A stretch of 58,382 bases of DNA, counting the filler, from Sandaracinaceae bacterium (GTDB lineage: Bacteria; Myxococcota_A; Polyangia; Polyangiales; JADJQN01): the NCBI GenBank assembly GCA_947483975.1. It is 4 parts of 4 records of this genome, joined end to end, with 100 filler letters (N's around TTAATTAATTAA, not from the genome) between each part and the next. Parts side by side here need not be neighbours in the genome. Positions count along the whole stretch, not along the records: positions 44,032 to 58,382 come from CANKOL010000111.1; 3 more parts are not named here. One strand, 5' to 3'. Positions 44,242-53,143 of this stretch are shown here, one piece after another. The notes under the pieces were generated by a model. That model did no database searches. It had not been told where the DNA came from and saw only the letters and a list, made by a program, of their open reading frames with translations. Every line of letters begins with the position of its first letter. Positions within the stretch are counted from its first letter, which is position 1. The translations under genes and the position numbers were made by a program.

Positions 44242-45456
44242 ATGCGCCGTTCTCTGTTCGCTCTTCTCGCCTCGATCGTCGCACTCACTGCCTGCGCCAG
44301 CGGCGGCACCCGGCACCCCGCCTACGACGCCGGTGTCTCACGCGACTGGGGCACGCGCGACACGGGCACGCCGCTCGATCTCGGCGGGCGCGACTTCGGC
44401 TCACCAGACTTCGGCTCGCCAGATCTCGGCTCCGACCTCGATCTCGGTCCCGCCTCCCCGGATCTCGGCGCGCTCGACCTCGGCAGCGCAGACCTCGGCA
44501 GCGCAGACCTCGGCAGCGCAGACCTCGGCAGCGCAGACCTCGGTCGAGCGGACCTCGGCACGCCGGACCTCGGCGCGCCAGACCTCGGCCCGCCGACCGG
44601 CTGCACCAGCGCGGCGACCTGTCAGGACGGCCTCGCGTGCAACGGCGTCGAGGGGTGCATCGCGGGCACCTGTCGCCCCGGGACGGCCATCGCCTGCGAC
44701 GACGGGATCGCCTGCACGACGAATTCCTGCACCGAGCCCGGCGGCGCTTGCGCCTTCGCGCGCAACGACTCTGCGTGTCCCGCCGGCTCGACCTGCACCG
44801 CGCCGACCGCCTCCGGCTGCACGAGCACCTCGACCTGCACCGAGTCACCGTGCCGCCTCGTGTCGCCGCAGTGCGGCTGCACGGGCACGCAGGCGTGCGT
44901 CGTCTCGGCCGGGGCGCGCCTCTGTGCGGCCGCAGGTACGGGCGCGACGGGCACCGCCTGCGGCACGGGCACGAGCGGCTGCGCGGCCGGCAACCTCTGC
45001 GTCGGCGTCACCGCAACGGGCACCGGGAGCGCCTGCGAGCACTTCTGCACGACCGACGCCGACTGCACCGGCGCGGGCGCGCTCTGCATCCTGACGCTCA
45101 ACGACGGCGCTGGCGGCACGGTCCCTGGCGCAACGCTCTGCTCGCTCTCGTGCAACCCGCTCAACGGCAGCGGCTGCCCGACCGGCAGCACCTGTCGGGT
45201 CTTCGTCGAGTCCGCCGGCAGCGCGCGCTACCTCACGCACTGCGAGGGCCCAGTGGGCGGAGGCACCGACTTCACGCCGTGCACCACCGACAGCGAGTGC
45301 GCCGCGGGCTACGCGTGCATCGACCTCGGCTTCGGCACCGAGTGCGCCCACTGGTGCAACGCCACGACCGGCACGGGCTGCACCCTCGGCTTGACATGCA
45401 GCACGTTCACCACGCCCGTGCTGATCGGCACGCGCGAATACGGCATCTGCAACTGA
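44242..45456 (+). CDS. Cys-rich lipoprotein with a DLGxx pentapeptide linker
   Basis: LTAC lipobox; DLG repeats; [13 protein letters not shown] and [12 protein letters not shown] modules; more than 30 Cys. Confidence 0.8.
   Translation: MRRSLFALLASIVALTACASGGTRHPAYDAGVSRDWGTRDTGTPLDLGGRDFGSPDFGSPDLGSDLDLGPASPDLGALDLGSADLGSADLGSADLGSADLGRADLGTPDLGAPDLGPPTGCTSAATCQDGLACNGVEGCIAGTCRPGTAIACDDGIACTTNSCTEPGGACAFARNDSACPAGSTCTAPTASGCTSTSTCTESPCRLVSPQCGCTGTQACVVSAGARLCAAAGTGATGTACGTGTSGCAAGNLCVGVTATGTGSACEHFCTTDADCTGAGALCILTLNDGAGGTVPGATLCSLSCNPLNGSGCPTGSTCRVFVESAGSARYLTHCEGPVGGGTDFTPCTTDSECAAGYACIDLGFGTECAHWCNATTGTGCTLGLTCSTFTTPVLIGTREYGICN
44461..44595 (+). repeat. 15-bp tandem repeat (GACCTCGGCAGCGCA x4 perfect at 44476-44535, flanked by degenerate copies)
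   Basis: Read directly; encodes DLGSA. Confidence 0.95.
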
Positions 45457-45535
45457 GCCGGCGCGCACCGGTGGTCCTCGCGCGCGCACACCGTGCCGTC
45501 GACGCTGCGCAACGCGCGGAGTAAAGCTCCGCGCC

Positions 45536-46978
45536 ATGTCGCAGCACGACGACGACCACTTCCACGATCAGTGCGGCGTCTTCGGGGTCTTCGGCGACCC
45601 AGAGGCGGCGAACCTCACCTATCTCGGGCTGCACTCGCTGCAGCACCGCGGGCAAGAAGCCGCAGGCATCGCGTCGACCGACGGGCGGCAGCTGTTCGTG
45701 CACAAGGCGACCGGCCTCGTGCAGGACATCTTCACGACCGACGTCATCGCGCAGCTCGCGGGGACGCGCGCCATCGGTCACGTGCGCTACTCCACGGCGG
45801 GCGGCTCGCACATCAAGAACGCGCAGCCCATCGCGGTCGATTACCGCGACGGCTCCATCGCGGTCAGCCACAACGGCAACCTCACGAACGCCGAGCAGCT
45901 GCGCTCGGAGCTCGAAGAGGCCGGCTCGATCTTCCAGACCTCGAGCGACACGGAGGTCGTCGTTCACCTCATCGCGCGCTCGCAGAAGGCGACGCTCGAG
46001 GAGAAGATCACCGACGCGCTGCGCCGCGTCGAGGGCGCCTATTCGATGCTGTTCCTGACGCCGGACCAGCTGATCGCGGTCCGCGATCCGTGGGGCTTTC
46101 GGCCTCTCTGCCTCGGGACGTGCAAGGACGGCTTCGTGTTCTCGTCGGAGCCTCCCGCGTTCGACCTGATCGCCGCCGAGTACGTGCGCGACGTCGAGCC
46201 GGGCGAGATGGTCGTCATCGACGCGGCGGGGCTGCACACGCTCAAGCCGTTCGCGCCCTGCCCGCCGCGGATGTGCATCTTCGAGTACGTCTACTTCGCG
46301 CGGCCCGACTCGAAGCTCGGCGGAGTCGTCGTCTACGAGGCGCGAAAGCGGCTCGGGCGCGCGCTCGCCGAAGAGCAGGCCGTGGACGCGGACGTCGTGC
46401 TGCCCGTGCCCGACAGCGGCGTCGCGGCGGCGCTCGGCTACGCGGAGCGCTCGGGCATTCCCTTCGAGCTCGGCCTGATCCGGAGCCACTACGTCGGCCG
46501 CACCTTCATCGAGCCGAGCTCGTCCATCCGACACTTCGGCGTGCGCCTGAAGCTGTCTCCCGTGCGCGCGTGCATCGCGGGCAAGCGAGTCGTCGTCGTC
46601 GACGACTCGATCGTTCGCGGCACGACGAGCCGCAAGATCGTCAAGATGCTCCGCGACGCCGGCGCGAAGGAGGTGCACATGCGCATCTCCTCTCCGCCCA
46701 CGCGTTGGCCTTGTTTTTACGGCATCGACACGCCGTCCCGCTCGGAGCTGATCGCGTCGAGCCACACGCCGGACGAGATCGCGAAGTACATCACCAGCGA
46801 CACGCTCGGCTACCTGAGCGTCGAGGGGCTGCATCGCGCGATGCACGGCGGGAAGGCGCCCGAAGCGTCGACCTACTGCGACGCGTGCTTCACCGGGAAG
46901 TACCCAGTGCCGTTCGCCGGCCAGAACGAGAAGAGCACTCCGCCGCCAGGCAGACACCTGCCGATCGTCGGCTTCTGA
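45536..46978 (+). CDS. purF: Amidophosphoribosyltransferase
   Basis: Propeptide followed by [62 protein letters not shown]. Confidence 0.97.
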   Translation: MSQHDDDHFHDQCGVFGVFGDPEAANLTYLGLHSLQHRGQEAAGIASTDGRQLFVHKATGLVQDIFTTDVIAQLAGTRAIGHVRYSTAGGSHIKNAQPIAVDYRDGSIAVSHNGNLTNAEQLRSELEEAGSIFQTSSDTEVVVHLIARSQKATLEEKITDALRRVEGAYSMLFLTPDQLIAVRDPWGFRPLCLGTCKDGFVFSSEPPAFDLIAAEYVRDVEPGEMVVIDAAGLHTLKPFAPCPPRMCIFEYVYFARPDSKLGGVVVYEARKRLGRALAEEQAVDADVVLPVPDSGVAAALGYAERSGIPFELGLIRSHYVGRTFIEPSSSIRHFGVRLKLSPVRACIAGKRVVVVDDSIVRGTTSRKIVKMLRDAGAKEVHMRISSPPTRWPCFYGIDTPSRSELIASSHTPDEIAKYITSDTLGYLSVEGLHRAMHGGKAPEASTYCDACFTGKYPVPFAGQNEKSTPPPGRHLPIVGF

Positions 46979-47010
46979 CGCGGGTCGCGGCGACTGCTAC
47001 CCTCAGGGCC

Positions 47011-48000
47011 ATGCGTCCTGCCCTCGCCGCTGCGACGACCCTGCTGGCCGTGCTCTTCGCGCTCGAGGTCGCGCCCGCAGAGGCGCAGGACGCGGGCGTG
47101 TCCGATGCCAGCGTGCCCGATGCGGGCCTGCCTCCGATGGCGGAGCATTTCGACGCTCCGAGCGGGGGCGCCACGCCCTCCGCGGAGAGCGACACCTCCC
47201 CCGTGCGCCGGGAGTCGCGCGAAGCCCGCGAGTCGCGAGAGGACCGCGAGCGCTGGCGTGTTCCATCCGATCTGGTCAACCCGTTCCTCGATGACGCGAG
47301 CGACGACTCGCAGGCCGACGGCCAGCCAGGCGACGATGACGGCGGGCGCCGCGCCCGCGCGTCGGATGCACGCTCGTGGTTCATCGCTCAGGAGGACCTC
47401 GTCGACCCTTGGCGCGCCGGGCGACTCGGTCCGTTCTATGGAGTCCGCTGCGCGGGCGGCTGGTGCCGCCCCGATCGCGCCCGCGAGCTCTACCTCGCGC
47501 CTCGAGCCCCCATGGCGCGCCCGCGCAGAAACCGACGCCCACCGCCGCATCAGATCGAGCTCGCCGCGCTCGTCTCGGCGTCGACCGTCGGCGACTCCGC
47601 GCGCGCGCGCCTCGAGGTGCAGGCCACCGTGCATCGTCGCACCTTCGGGCTGGGGCTCTCGCTCTCGACGAGCGCAGGGGACGCCCGCGTCGACGGCGTG
47701 AAGCTGACGCACCCGCGGCACGCCATCGCCCTCGTGCTCGAGCATCGCTTCACGGACGGCAGCGTGTCGATCGACGTCGGTGCGGCTGCTGGCGTGATGC
47801 TGATGGATCTCGAGGAGGCGCAGGTCGCCCCGCTCGCGCGCGTGATGGCGACGGCGGGCATCTCGCTCGCACGCGGGGTCGACGTGCTCGTGCGCGCCGA
47901 CGCGCTGACGACGTTCATGCGTCCCGGCGAGCCGTCGCGCGACGGCCCGAGCGCGTTCGAGTTCGGCATGGGCCTCGGCCTGCGAATCGCGACGCCCTAG
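47011..48000 (+). CDS. Hypothetical exported protein with a beta-rich C-terminal half (possible outer-membrane protein)
   Basis: Signal peptide ending AEAQ; alternating strands ending FEFGMGLGLRI. Confidence 0.6.
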   Translation: MRPALAAATTLLAVLFALEVAPAEAQDAGVSDASVPDAGLPPMAEHFDAPSGGATPSAESDTSPVRRESREARESREDRERWRVPSDLVNPFLDDASDDSQADGQPGDDDGGRRARASDARSWFIAQEDLVDPWRAGRLGPFYGVRCAGGWCRPDRARELYLAPRAPMARPRRNRRPPPHQIELAALVSASTVGDSARARLEVQATVHRRTFGLGLSLSTSAGDARVDGVKLTHPRHAIALVLEHRFTDGSVSIDVGAAAGVMLMDLEEAQVAPLARVMATAGISLARGVDVLVRADALTTFMRPGEPSRDGPSAFEFGMGLGLRIATP

Positions 48001-48028
48001 CGCCCGTCGGCGCGCTACACCTGCGCCC

Positions 48029-48955
48029 ATGCCCGCGTCGCACTTCCCCGCTGAGCCCACGGTCGCCGACGAGCAGCGCGGTCGAGGGCGCGTCTCGCTA
48101 CGCTACGAGGACATCGCCCAGGACGGTCGCGTCGCCCTCGGCGCGATGCCGCAGGCCATCGGCGAGGCCGTGTGGCGCGCGCTCCTCAGCAAGCACCCCG
48201 CCAACGCGCTGATGCGCGAGCAGGGCGTGCTGCCGATCCTGTCGCGCCTGATCATCCTCGGCGGCGAGGGCCCGTGCTCCGTCGATCAACCACTCGAGGC
48301 GAGCGGCTGCTACGAGGCGTCGTCGTCCGTCAGCGCGAGCGGTGAAGTCGAGCGCCTCTACCTCAACATGTGGGCGAGCCTCGAGGGGCCCCGCGCGAAC
48401 ACCTACGACCCACAGCCGTCGCGGGCGGGTGAGCTTCACCGCGTCGGGCGCGTCTTCGGCGAGCACGTCTTCACGCGCCCATTCGCGCCGCCCGCTGAGC
48501 GCAAGGTCCTGCGCCTTGCCCTGCCCGGTCTGCCCGAACTGCCCGACGCGCGCTACTCGCCGCGCGCGATGCTCGCGCTCCTCACGCCGCCGTCGAGCGC
48601 CGTCCCGCTCGACGCGGAGCCGACGCCCGACACGGCCCCGTGCGTCTTCGGCCTCGCGCACACGGACTCGAACCAGCACGTCAACTCGCTCGTGTACCCG
48701 CGCCTCTTCGAGGAGGCCGTCGTGCGCCGCCTCGCGCTCCGCGGCGTCACGCGCCCCGCCCTCGCGCGCGAGGTCGAGGTCCTCTACCGCAAGCCGAGCT
48801 TCGCGGGCGAGCAGGTGCGCATCGTGCTCCGGACCTTCCGCGACGGGGCGCGCTACCTCGCGACGGGCACCTTCGTGTCCGAGACCGCGCTCGCGACGCC
48901 CGAGACGCTCGCCACGGCCGCGCCGCGCTGCGCCGTGCGCATGGTGCTCGCCTGA
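48029..48955 (+). CDS. Double hot-dog fold thioesterase-like protein
   Basis: LRYEDI.QDG and HTDSNQHVNSLVY, with YRKP.F.GE in the second hot-dog unit. Confidence 0.7.
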   Translation: MPASHFPAEPTVADEQRGRGRVSLRYEDIAQDGRVALGAMPQAIGEAVWRALLSKHPANALMREQGVLPILSRLIILGGEGPCSVDQPLEASGCYEASSSVSASGEVERLYLNMWASLEGPRANTYDPQPSRAGELHRVGRVFGEHVFTRPFAPPAERKVLRLALPGLPELPDARYSPRAMLALLTPPSSAVPLDAEPTPDTAPCVFGLAHTDSNQHVNSLVYPRLFEEAVVRRLALRGVTRPALAREVEVLYRKPSFAGEQVRIVLRTFRDGARYLATGTFVSETALATPETLATAAPRCAVRMVLA

Positions 48956-49013
48956 CCTGAGCCGCCTGCGCGTCGCTTGGGCCGACCTCGCGCGGCGCGT
49001 TATGCTGCCCGCC

Positions 49014-50354
49014 ATGCGCGCCCCCCTCTTCGCTTGCTTGGTGCTCTGGATCTTCGGAGCCACGCCCGTCGCGTTCCGAAGCTGCGGCGACTCGTCGCCC
49101 CCCGACGTGCCGCTCCCGCCCTCCCGCCCCGACGGCGGGACCTCCCCCGTCTGCATCGCGGATGGGGACTGCCCGGGCTTCGGCGTGTGCTCCGACGTGC
49201 GCTGCCTCGCCGGGTCCTGCGTGCTCGTCGCGGCCGCGATCGACCACGATCGCGATGGCGAGGCGATGATCCCCTGCGGAGGCGACTGCGACGACGCTGA
49301 CCGCTTCGTTCATCCAGGCGCGCCCGAGGAGTGCAACGGGCGCGATGACAACTGCGACGGCGCAGTCGACGAGGGCGCGCCGCCCACCCTGACGAACCGC
49401 GTCGTCGCCTCGCTCGACGCCACCTCCTCGCTCGTGCGCGTCGGGGACGGCTTCGTCGCGACGGTCGGCAACGACGCCCGCCTGCTCGATAGCTACGGGC
49501 GCGTCGGCGCGCTCTTCGACGTGCTCGGTGACCGCGTCGTCCGCCGGACGGAGACCGCGACCTCGCCCGACGGACGCGCGCTCGTCGCGTCGGTGATCGA
49601 CGACGGCAGCGCGCTCGCCTTCGCGGTGCTCTCGCCGGGTACGCCGCCGACGGTCTCCGCGGTAGTAGAGCAGCGGGCGTCGGGGACGGTCCTCGATCTC
49701 GCGGTCACGGCCTACCGCGGCTCCTTCGCCGCCGCGTGGACCTGGCAGGATCCCTCCGGCCTGGTGCACCTCACCATCGCCACGGATGTCTCCTCGCCGA
49801 CGCCCTCTCTCGACCTTCCCGTGGACTCCGAGTTCGCCAGCCTCGCGAGCGACGGGACCTCGCTGGCCTTCCCGGAGCGGACGGCGGAGCTCGGCTTTCT
49901 CTCCCCGACGGGCGCGCACAGCACGCGCGCCCTGAGTCACTCGCTCCTGCGGCGCGGCCTCGCGAACGGCGCAGGCTTCGTCGCAGCGCTCACCGCGTCC
50001 GAGGGCTCCTCGCCCGCGTACGTCACGAGCGTCACGAGCGCGGGCGGCGAAGGTCCCTCCCTCCCCGCGTTCGCCGCCCCGGAGGGAGTGTGGCTCGCCG
50101 ACGAGACGCGCCTCGCCCTCGCCGATGGCCGCTACGTCGCGACGCGCGGCAGCCTCAGCGATCTACGCATCGTGCTCTTCGACGCCGCCCTGACGCGCAC
50201 CCCGCAGGAGCTTGCGCCCGTCCCGCGCAGCACGCTGACCTCGGTCTCGATCGCGGCGCTCCCCGGCCTCATCGGCGCGCTCGGCGCCACCCCGACCTCG
50301 TCGCTGACGACCGGCTCCGACCTCGTCCTGATCGCCAACTGCGTCGCCCCCTGA
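49014..50354 (+). CDS. Exported protein with a MopE-related putative metal-binding motif and a beta-rich domain
   Basis: DHDRDG...DCDD....HPGAPEECNGRDDNCDGAVDEG. Confidence 0.7.
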   Translation: MRAPLFACLVLWIFGATPVAFRSCGDSSPPDVPLPPSRPDGGTSPVCIADGDCPGFGVCSDVRCLAGSCVLVAAAIDHDRDGEAMIPCGGDCDDADRFVHPGAPEECNGRDDNCDGAVDEGAPPTLTNRVVASLDATSSLVRVGDGFVATVGNDARLLDSYGRVGALFDVLGDRVVRRTETATSPDGRALVASVIDDGSALAFAVLSPGTPPTVSAVVEQRASGTVLDLAVTAYRGSFAAAWTWQDPSGLVHLTIATDVSSPTPSLDLPVDSEFASLASDGTSLAFPERTAELGFLSPTGAHSTRALSHSLLRRGLANGAGFVAALTASEGSSPAYVTSVTSAGGEGPSLPAFAAPEGVWLADETRLALADGRYVATRGSLSDLRIVLFDAALTRTPQELAPVPRSTLTSVSIAALPGLIGALGATPTSSLTTGSDLVLIANCVAP

Positions 50355-50394
50355 GTCGCGCCGTCGACGGGCCGCGGGCCCTCCCCAAACGCGA

Positions 50395-50453
50395 GAGGCC
50401 CACGCAGTCACCCGCGCGGGCCTCGATCGTCGTCGCCTGAGCCGAAGGCTCAG
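50395..50453. terminator. Two hairpins between convergent genes (50395-50424; CTGAGCC-GAA-GGCTCAG 50437-50453)
   Basis: GAGGCCC/GGGCCTC stem and a 7-bp stem. Confidence 0.5.
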
Positions 50454-50469
50454 CGCGGGTCAGCGCCTC

Positions 50470-51189
50470 TCAGAACGTCGCCGAGAACACCGCGACGCGG
50501 ACTTCCGAGCGCTGCTCGCGGAGCCCGAGGCGCGCCATCTCTTCGAGCGAGTACGCAGGCACCGTGGCGACCGACGGAACGCCGAGGAACACGCCGCCCG
50601 CGTTGAGGCGCACGAGCCCCGTGTCACGAGCGTCGCGCTGCGCGAGGCCGGGCCCGCCATGGCGACGCCCGGTGGGTCCCGGTGCCGCAGGCGCCGGAGG
50701 AGTCGCTGCCGGTGCAGGCGTCGCCCCATCGGTCGCGCCGCCGCCGACCTCGTAGTCCTCCGCTTGCACGGGCCCGCCGGTATCCGCCGCGTCCTCTTCG
50801 ATGACGTCGGCCTCCTCGTTGGGATCGTAGGCGGTCGCCGAGAGCGTGATGACCATCGCCGGGATGACGAGCGCCATCCCGATCGCCAAAGCCGCCACGT
50901 TCAGCTCAGAACTCCCCCCCTCGAGGAGGAAGTACCCGGCGGCCGCACCGCCACCGGCGCCGACGATGGGGAAGACGATGTAGGCCCACGTCTGATCCAT
51001 CCCCGCGAGGGCCGGAATGGAGAAGCCGAGCTCAGCGCCGAACAGGCCGAGCCCGATCACTCCCTTGTAGCCGGAGGTGATCTGCACGGGAGCCGGAACA
51101 GTCTGTGCGCTCGCCATGGCAGGCAAAGCTGCGGGGATTGCGACGAACAGCGCGGCCGCGAAGGCCAAAGACCAGGTGAACCTACGCAC
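50470..51189 (-). CDS. Hypothetical exported/membrane protein
   Basis: GTG start after GGGAGGGAG; signal peptide; three Gly-rich hydrophobic helices; acidic/Pro linker; C-terminal VAVFSATF. Confidence 0.7.
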   Translation of the reverse strand: MRRFTWSLAFAAALFVAIPAALPAMASAQTVPAPVQITSGYKGVIGLGLFGAELGFSIPALAGMDQTWAYIVFPIVGAGGGAAAGYFLLEGGSSELNVAALAIGMALVIPAMVITLSATAYDPNEEADVIEEDAADTGGPVQAEDYEVGGGATDGATPAPAATPPAPAAPGPTGRRHGGPGLAQRDARDTGLVRLNAGGVFLGVPSVATVPAYSLEEMARLGLREQRSEVRVAVFSATF

Positions 51190-51350
51190 AGGCAAGCGCT
51201 CCCTCCCATCGACGTGGGACCTCTCGAAGAGGCCGATCCAGAACGGACCGCGCCAAGTTACACGCACCACCCGGCTACGGCAACCCATCGCGGTCCTGGG
51301 TCGGTTGCCCCACCGGGCCGCTCCATTCGCACTTCCCGGGGCGGCAGCGG

Positions 51351-51401
51351 TGAACAGCCATTCATTCGGCCTTGACGCGCGCCCCTCGCGCTCGCTACAC
51401 C
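51351..51401 (+). promoter_or_regulatory. Candidate operator TGAA-N6-TTCA (51351-51364) plus promoter TTGACG-N18-TACACC
   Basis: Read directly, upstream of the GGAGG SD of the BKACE gene. Confidence 0.45.
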
Positions 51402-51428
51402 GAAGGCCGCTCAACTGGAGGCTGCGTC

Positions 51429-52352
51429 ATGGCATTCGAGGACAAGGTCGTCATCACCTGTGCACTCAGCGGCGTGCTGGCGAACCGCAAGCAATGCGCT
51501 GGCATCCCGTACACGCCGGTCGAGATCGCGGAGGAAGCCAAGCGCGCGTACGACGCGGGCGCCTCGGTCGTGCACCTGCACGCGCGCAACGACGACGGGT
51601 CGCCGACCTACTCGCCGAAGACGTTCGCGGCGATCAAGGACGAGATCCGCAAGCGCTGCCCGATCATCCTCAATTTCTCGACGGGCACGATGCTCGACGA
51701 CGTGAGCGAGCAGAGCGCCTGCGTGCGCGAGTCGCGCCCGGAGATCGCGGCCCTGAACATGGGCTCGATGAACTATTCGAAGTACTCGGAGAAGCGCAAA
51801 GACTTCGTCTTCGACATGATCTTTCCGAACCCGTACGCGAAGATCGTCAAGCTGCTCAAGGTGATGAACGAGGCGGGCGTGAAGCCCGAGCTCGAGTGCT
51901 TCGACACGGGCTTCACCGCGGGCGTCGCGCCGCTGATCGACATGGGCGTGCTGAAGCCGCCGTTCCAGTTCTCGTTCATCGTCGGTGTGCTCGGCGGCAT
52001 CCCGCCGATGGTCGAGGCGCTGCAGCTTCAGACGAAGATCATGCCGGCGGGCTCGCAGTGGGAGGTCATCGGCATCTCGCACGGGCACTGGCGGATGATC
52101 GCGACGGGGCTCGTGCTCGGCGGCAACATCCGCACGGGGCTCGAGGACCATCTCTACCTGCCGAACGGCACGATGGCGCGGAACAACGGCGAGATGACCG
52201 AGGTCGCCGCGCGCTTGACCCGCGACACCGGGCGAGAGCCCGCGACGGTGGACGAGGCGCGGGTGATACTCGCGCTCGATCAGTTCCCCGCAGGGCGCGA
52301 GTGCGCGGCGGACGTCGCGAAGCTGTTCCCGCCCGCGACCGCGCCGAGCTGA
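51429..52352 (+). CDS. Beta-keto acid cleavage enzyme (BKACE/DUF849, Kce-like)
   Basis: ITCALSG, P.TP.EIA, Zn-binding HLHAR, STG, PE.A.LNMGSMN, KPELECFD, GGNIRTGLED. Confidence 0.9.
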   Translation: MAFEDKVVITCALSGVLANRKQCAGIPYTPVEIAEEAKRAYDAGASVVHLHARNDDGSPTYSPKTFAAIKDEIRKRCPIILNFSTGTMLDDVSEQSACVRESRPEIAALNMGSMNYSKYSEKRKDFVFDMIFPNPYAKIVKLLKVMNEAGVKPELECFDTGFTAGVAPLIDMGVLKPPFQFSFIVGVLGGIPPMVEALQLQTKIMPAGSQWEVIGISHGHWRMIATGLVLGGNIRTGLEDHLYLPNGTMARNNGEMTEVAARLTRDTGREPATVDEARVILALDQFPAGRECAADVAKLFPPATAPS

Positions 52353-52359
52353 GCCGACC

Positions 52360-53136
52360 ATGACGCGCGCCTTCCGTACGCTCCTCTACACGGTCGACGC
52401 GCACGTCGCGACGGTCACGATGAACCGCCCCGAGCGCAAGAACGCCATCGGCCCCGAGATGGCGAACGAGCTCGTGTGGGCGCTCGACGACGCGCGGGAC
52501 GACACGAGCGTCCGCGTCGTCGTGCTGACGGGCGCGGGCGACTCGTTCAGCGCTGGCGGCGACCTCGGCGGGATGTCGAGCGGCGGCGAGTCCCTCGCGA
52601 CGAAGGGCGACTTCTCCGATCTGCTCACGCGCCTGACGATGCTCGGCAAGCCCGTCATCGCCCGCGTGCCGGGGCCCGCGATGGGCGGCGGCTGCGGGCT
52701 CGTCGCGTCGTGCACGTTCGCCATCGCGAAGGAGAGCGCCGTGCTCGGCACGCCCGAGATCAGGCGCGGGCTGTTCCCGTTCATGATCCTCGCGCCCCTC
52801 GCGCGCGTCGTGCGCAGGCGCGACCTGCTCGAGCTGATCTTGCTCGGCGAGAAGATCACGGCGAAGCGCGCGCTCGAGCTCGGCATCCTCTCGCACGTCG
52901 TGCCCGACGCGGACCTCGACACTGCCGTCGCGTCGCTCGCGAAGAAGCTCGCGGCGCAGTCCCCGACGGCGATGCGCATGGGGCTGCGCGCGTTCCACAC
53001 CTACGCGGAGGTGCCGCTCGCCGAGGCTGTCCCGAAGCTCCGCGACGAGCTCGCGGCGATCCTCGGCACGGCCGACGCGCGCGAGGGGCTCACGGCCTTC
53101 CTCGAGAAGCGCGAGCCCCACTGGAGCGGGGAGTGA
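52360..53136 (+). CDS. Enoyl-CoA hydratase/isomerase (crotonase) family protein
   Basis: NRPERKNA, FSAGGDL, KPVIA, GGGCGL, PEIRRGL, DAREG..AFLEKR.P.W. Confidence 0.9.
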   Translation: MTRAFRTLLYTVDAHVATVTMNRPERKNAIGPEMANELVWALDDARDDTSVRVVVLTGAGDSFSAGGDLGGMSSGGESLATKGDFSDLLTRLTMLGKPVIARVPGPAMGGGCGLVASCTFAIAKESAVLGTPEIRRGLFPFMILAPLARVVRRRDLLELILLGEKITAKRALELGILSHVVPDADLDTAVASLAKKLAAQSPTAMRMGLRAFHTYAEVPLAEAVPKLRDELAAILGTADAREGLTAFLEKREPHWSGE

Positions 53137-53143
53137 GCGCGCC

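Noticed and set aside
44461..44595. Tandem repeat as a possible CRISPR array
   Set aside because: 15-bp head-to-tail units with no spacers, in frame within a lipoprotein, and no cas genes.
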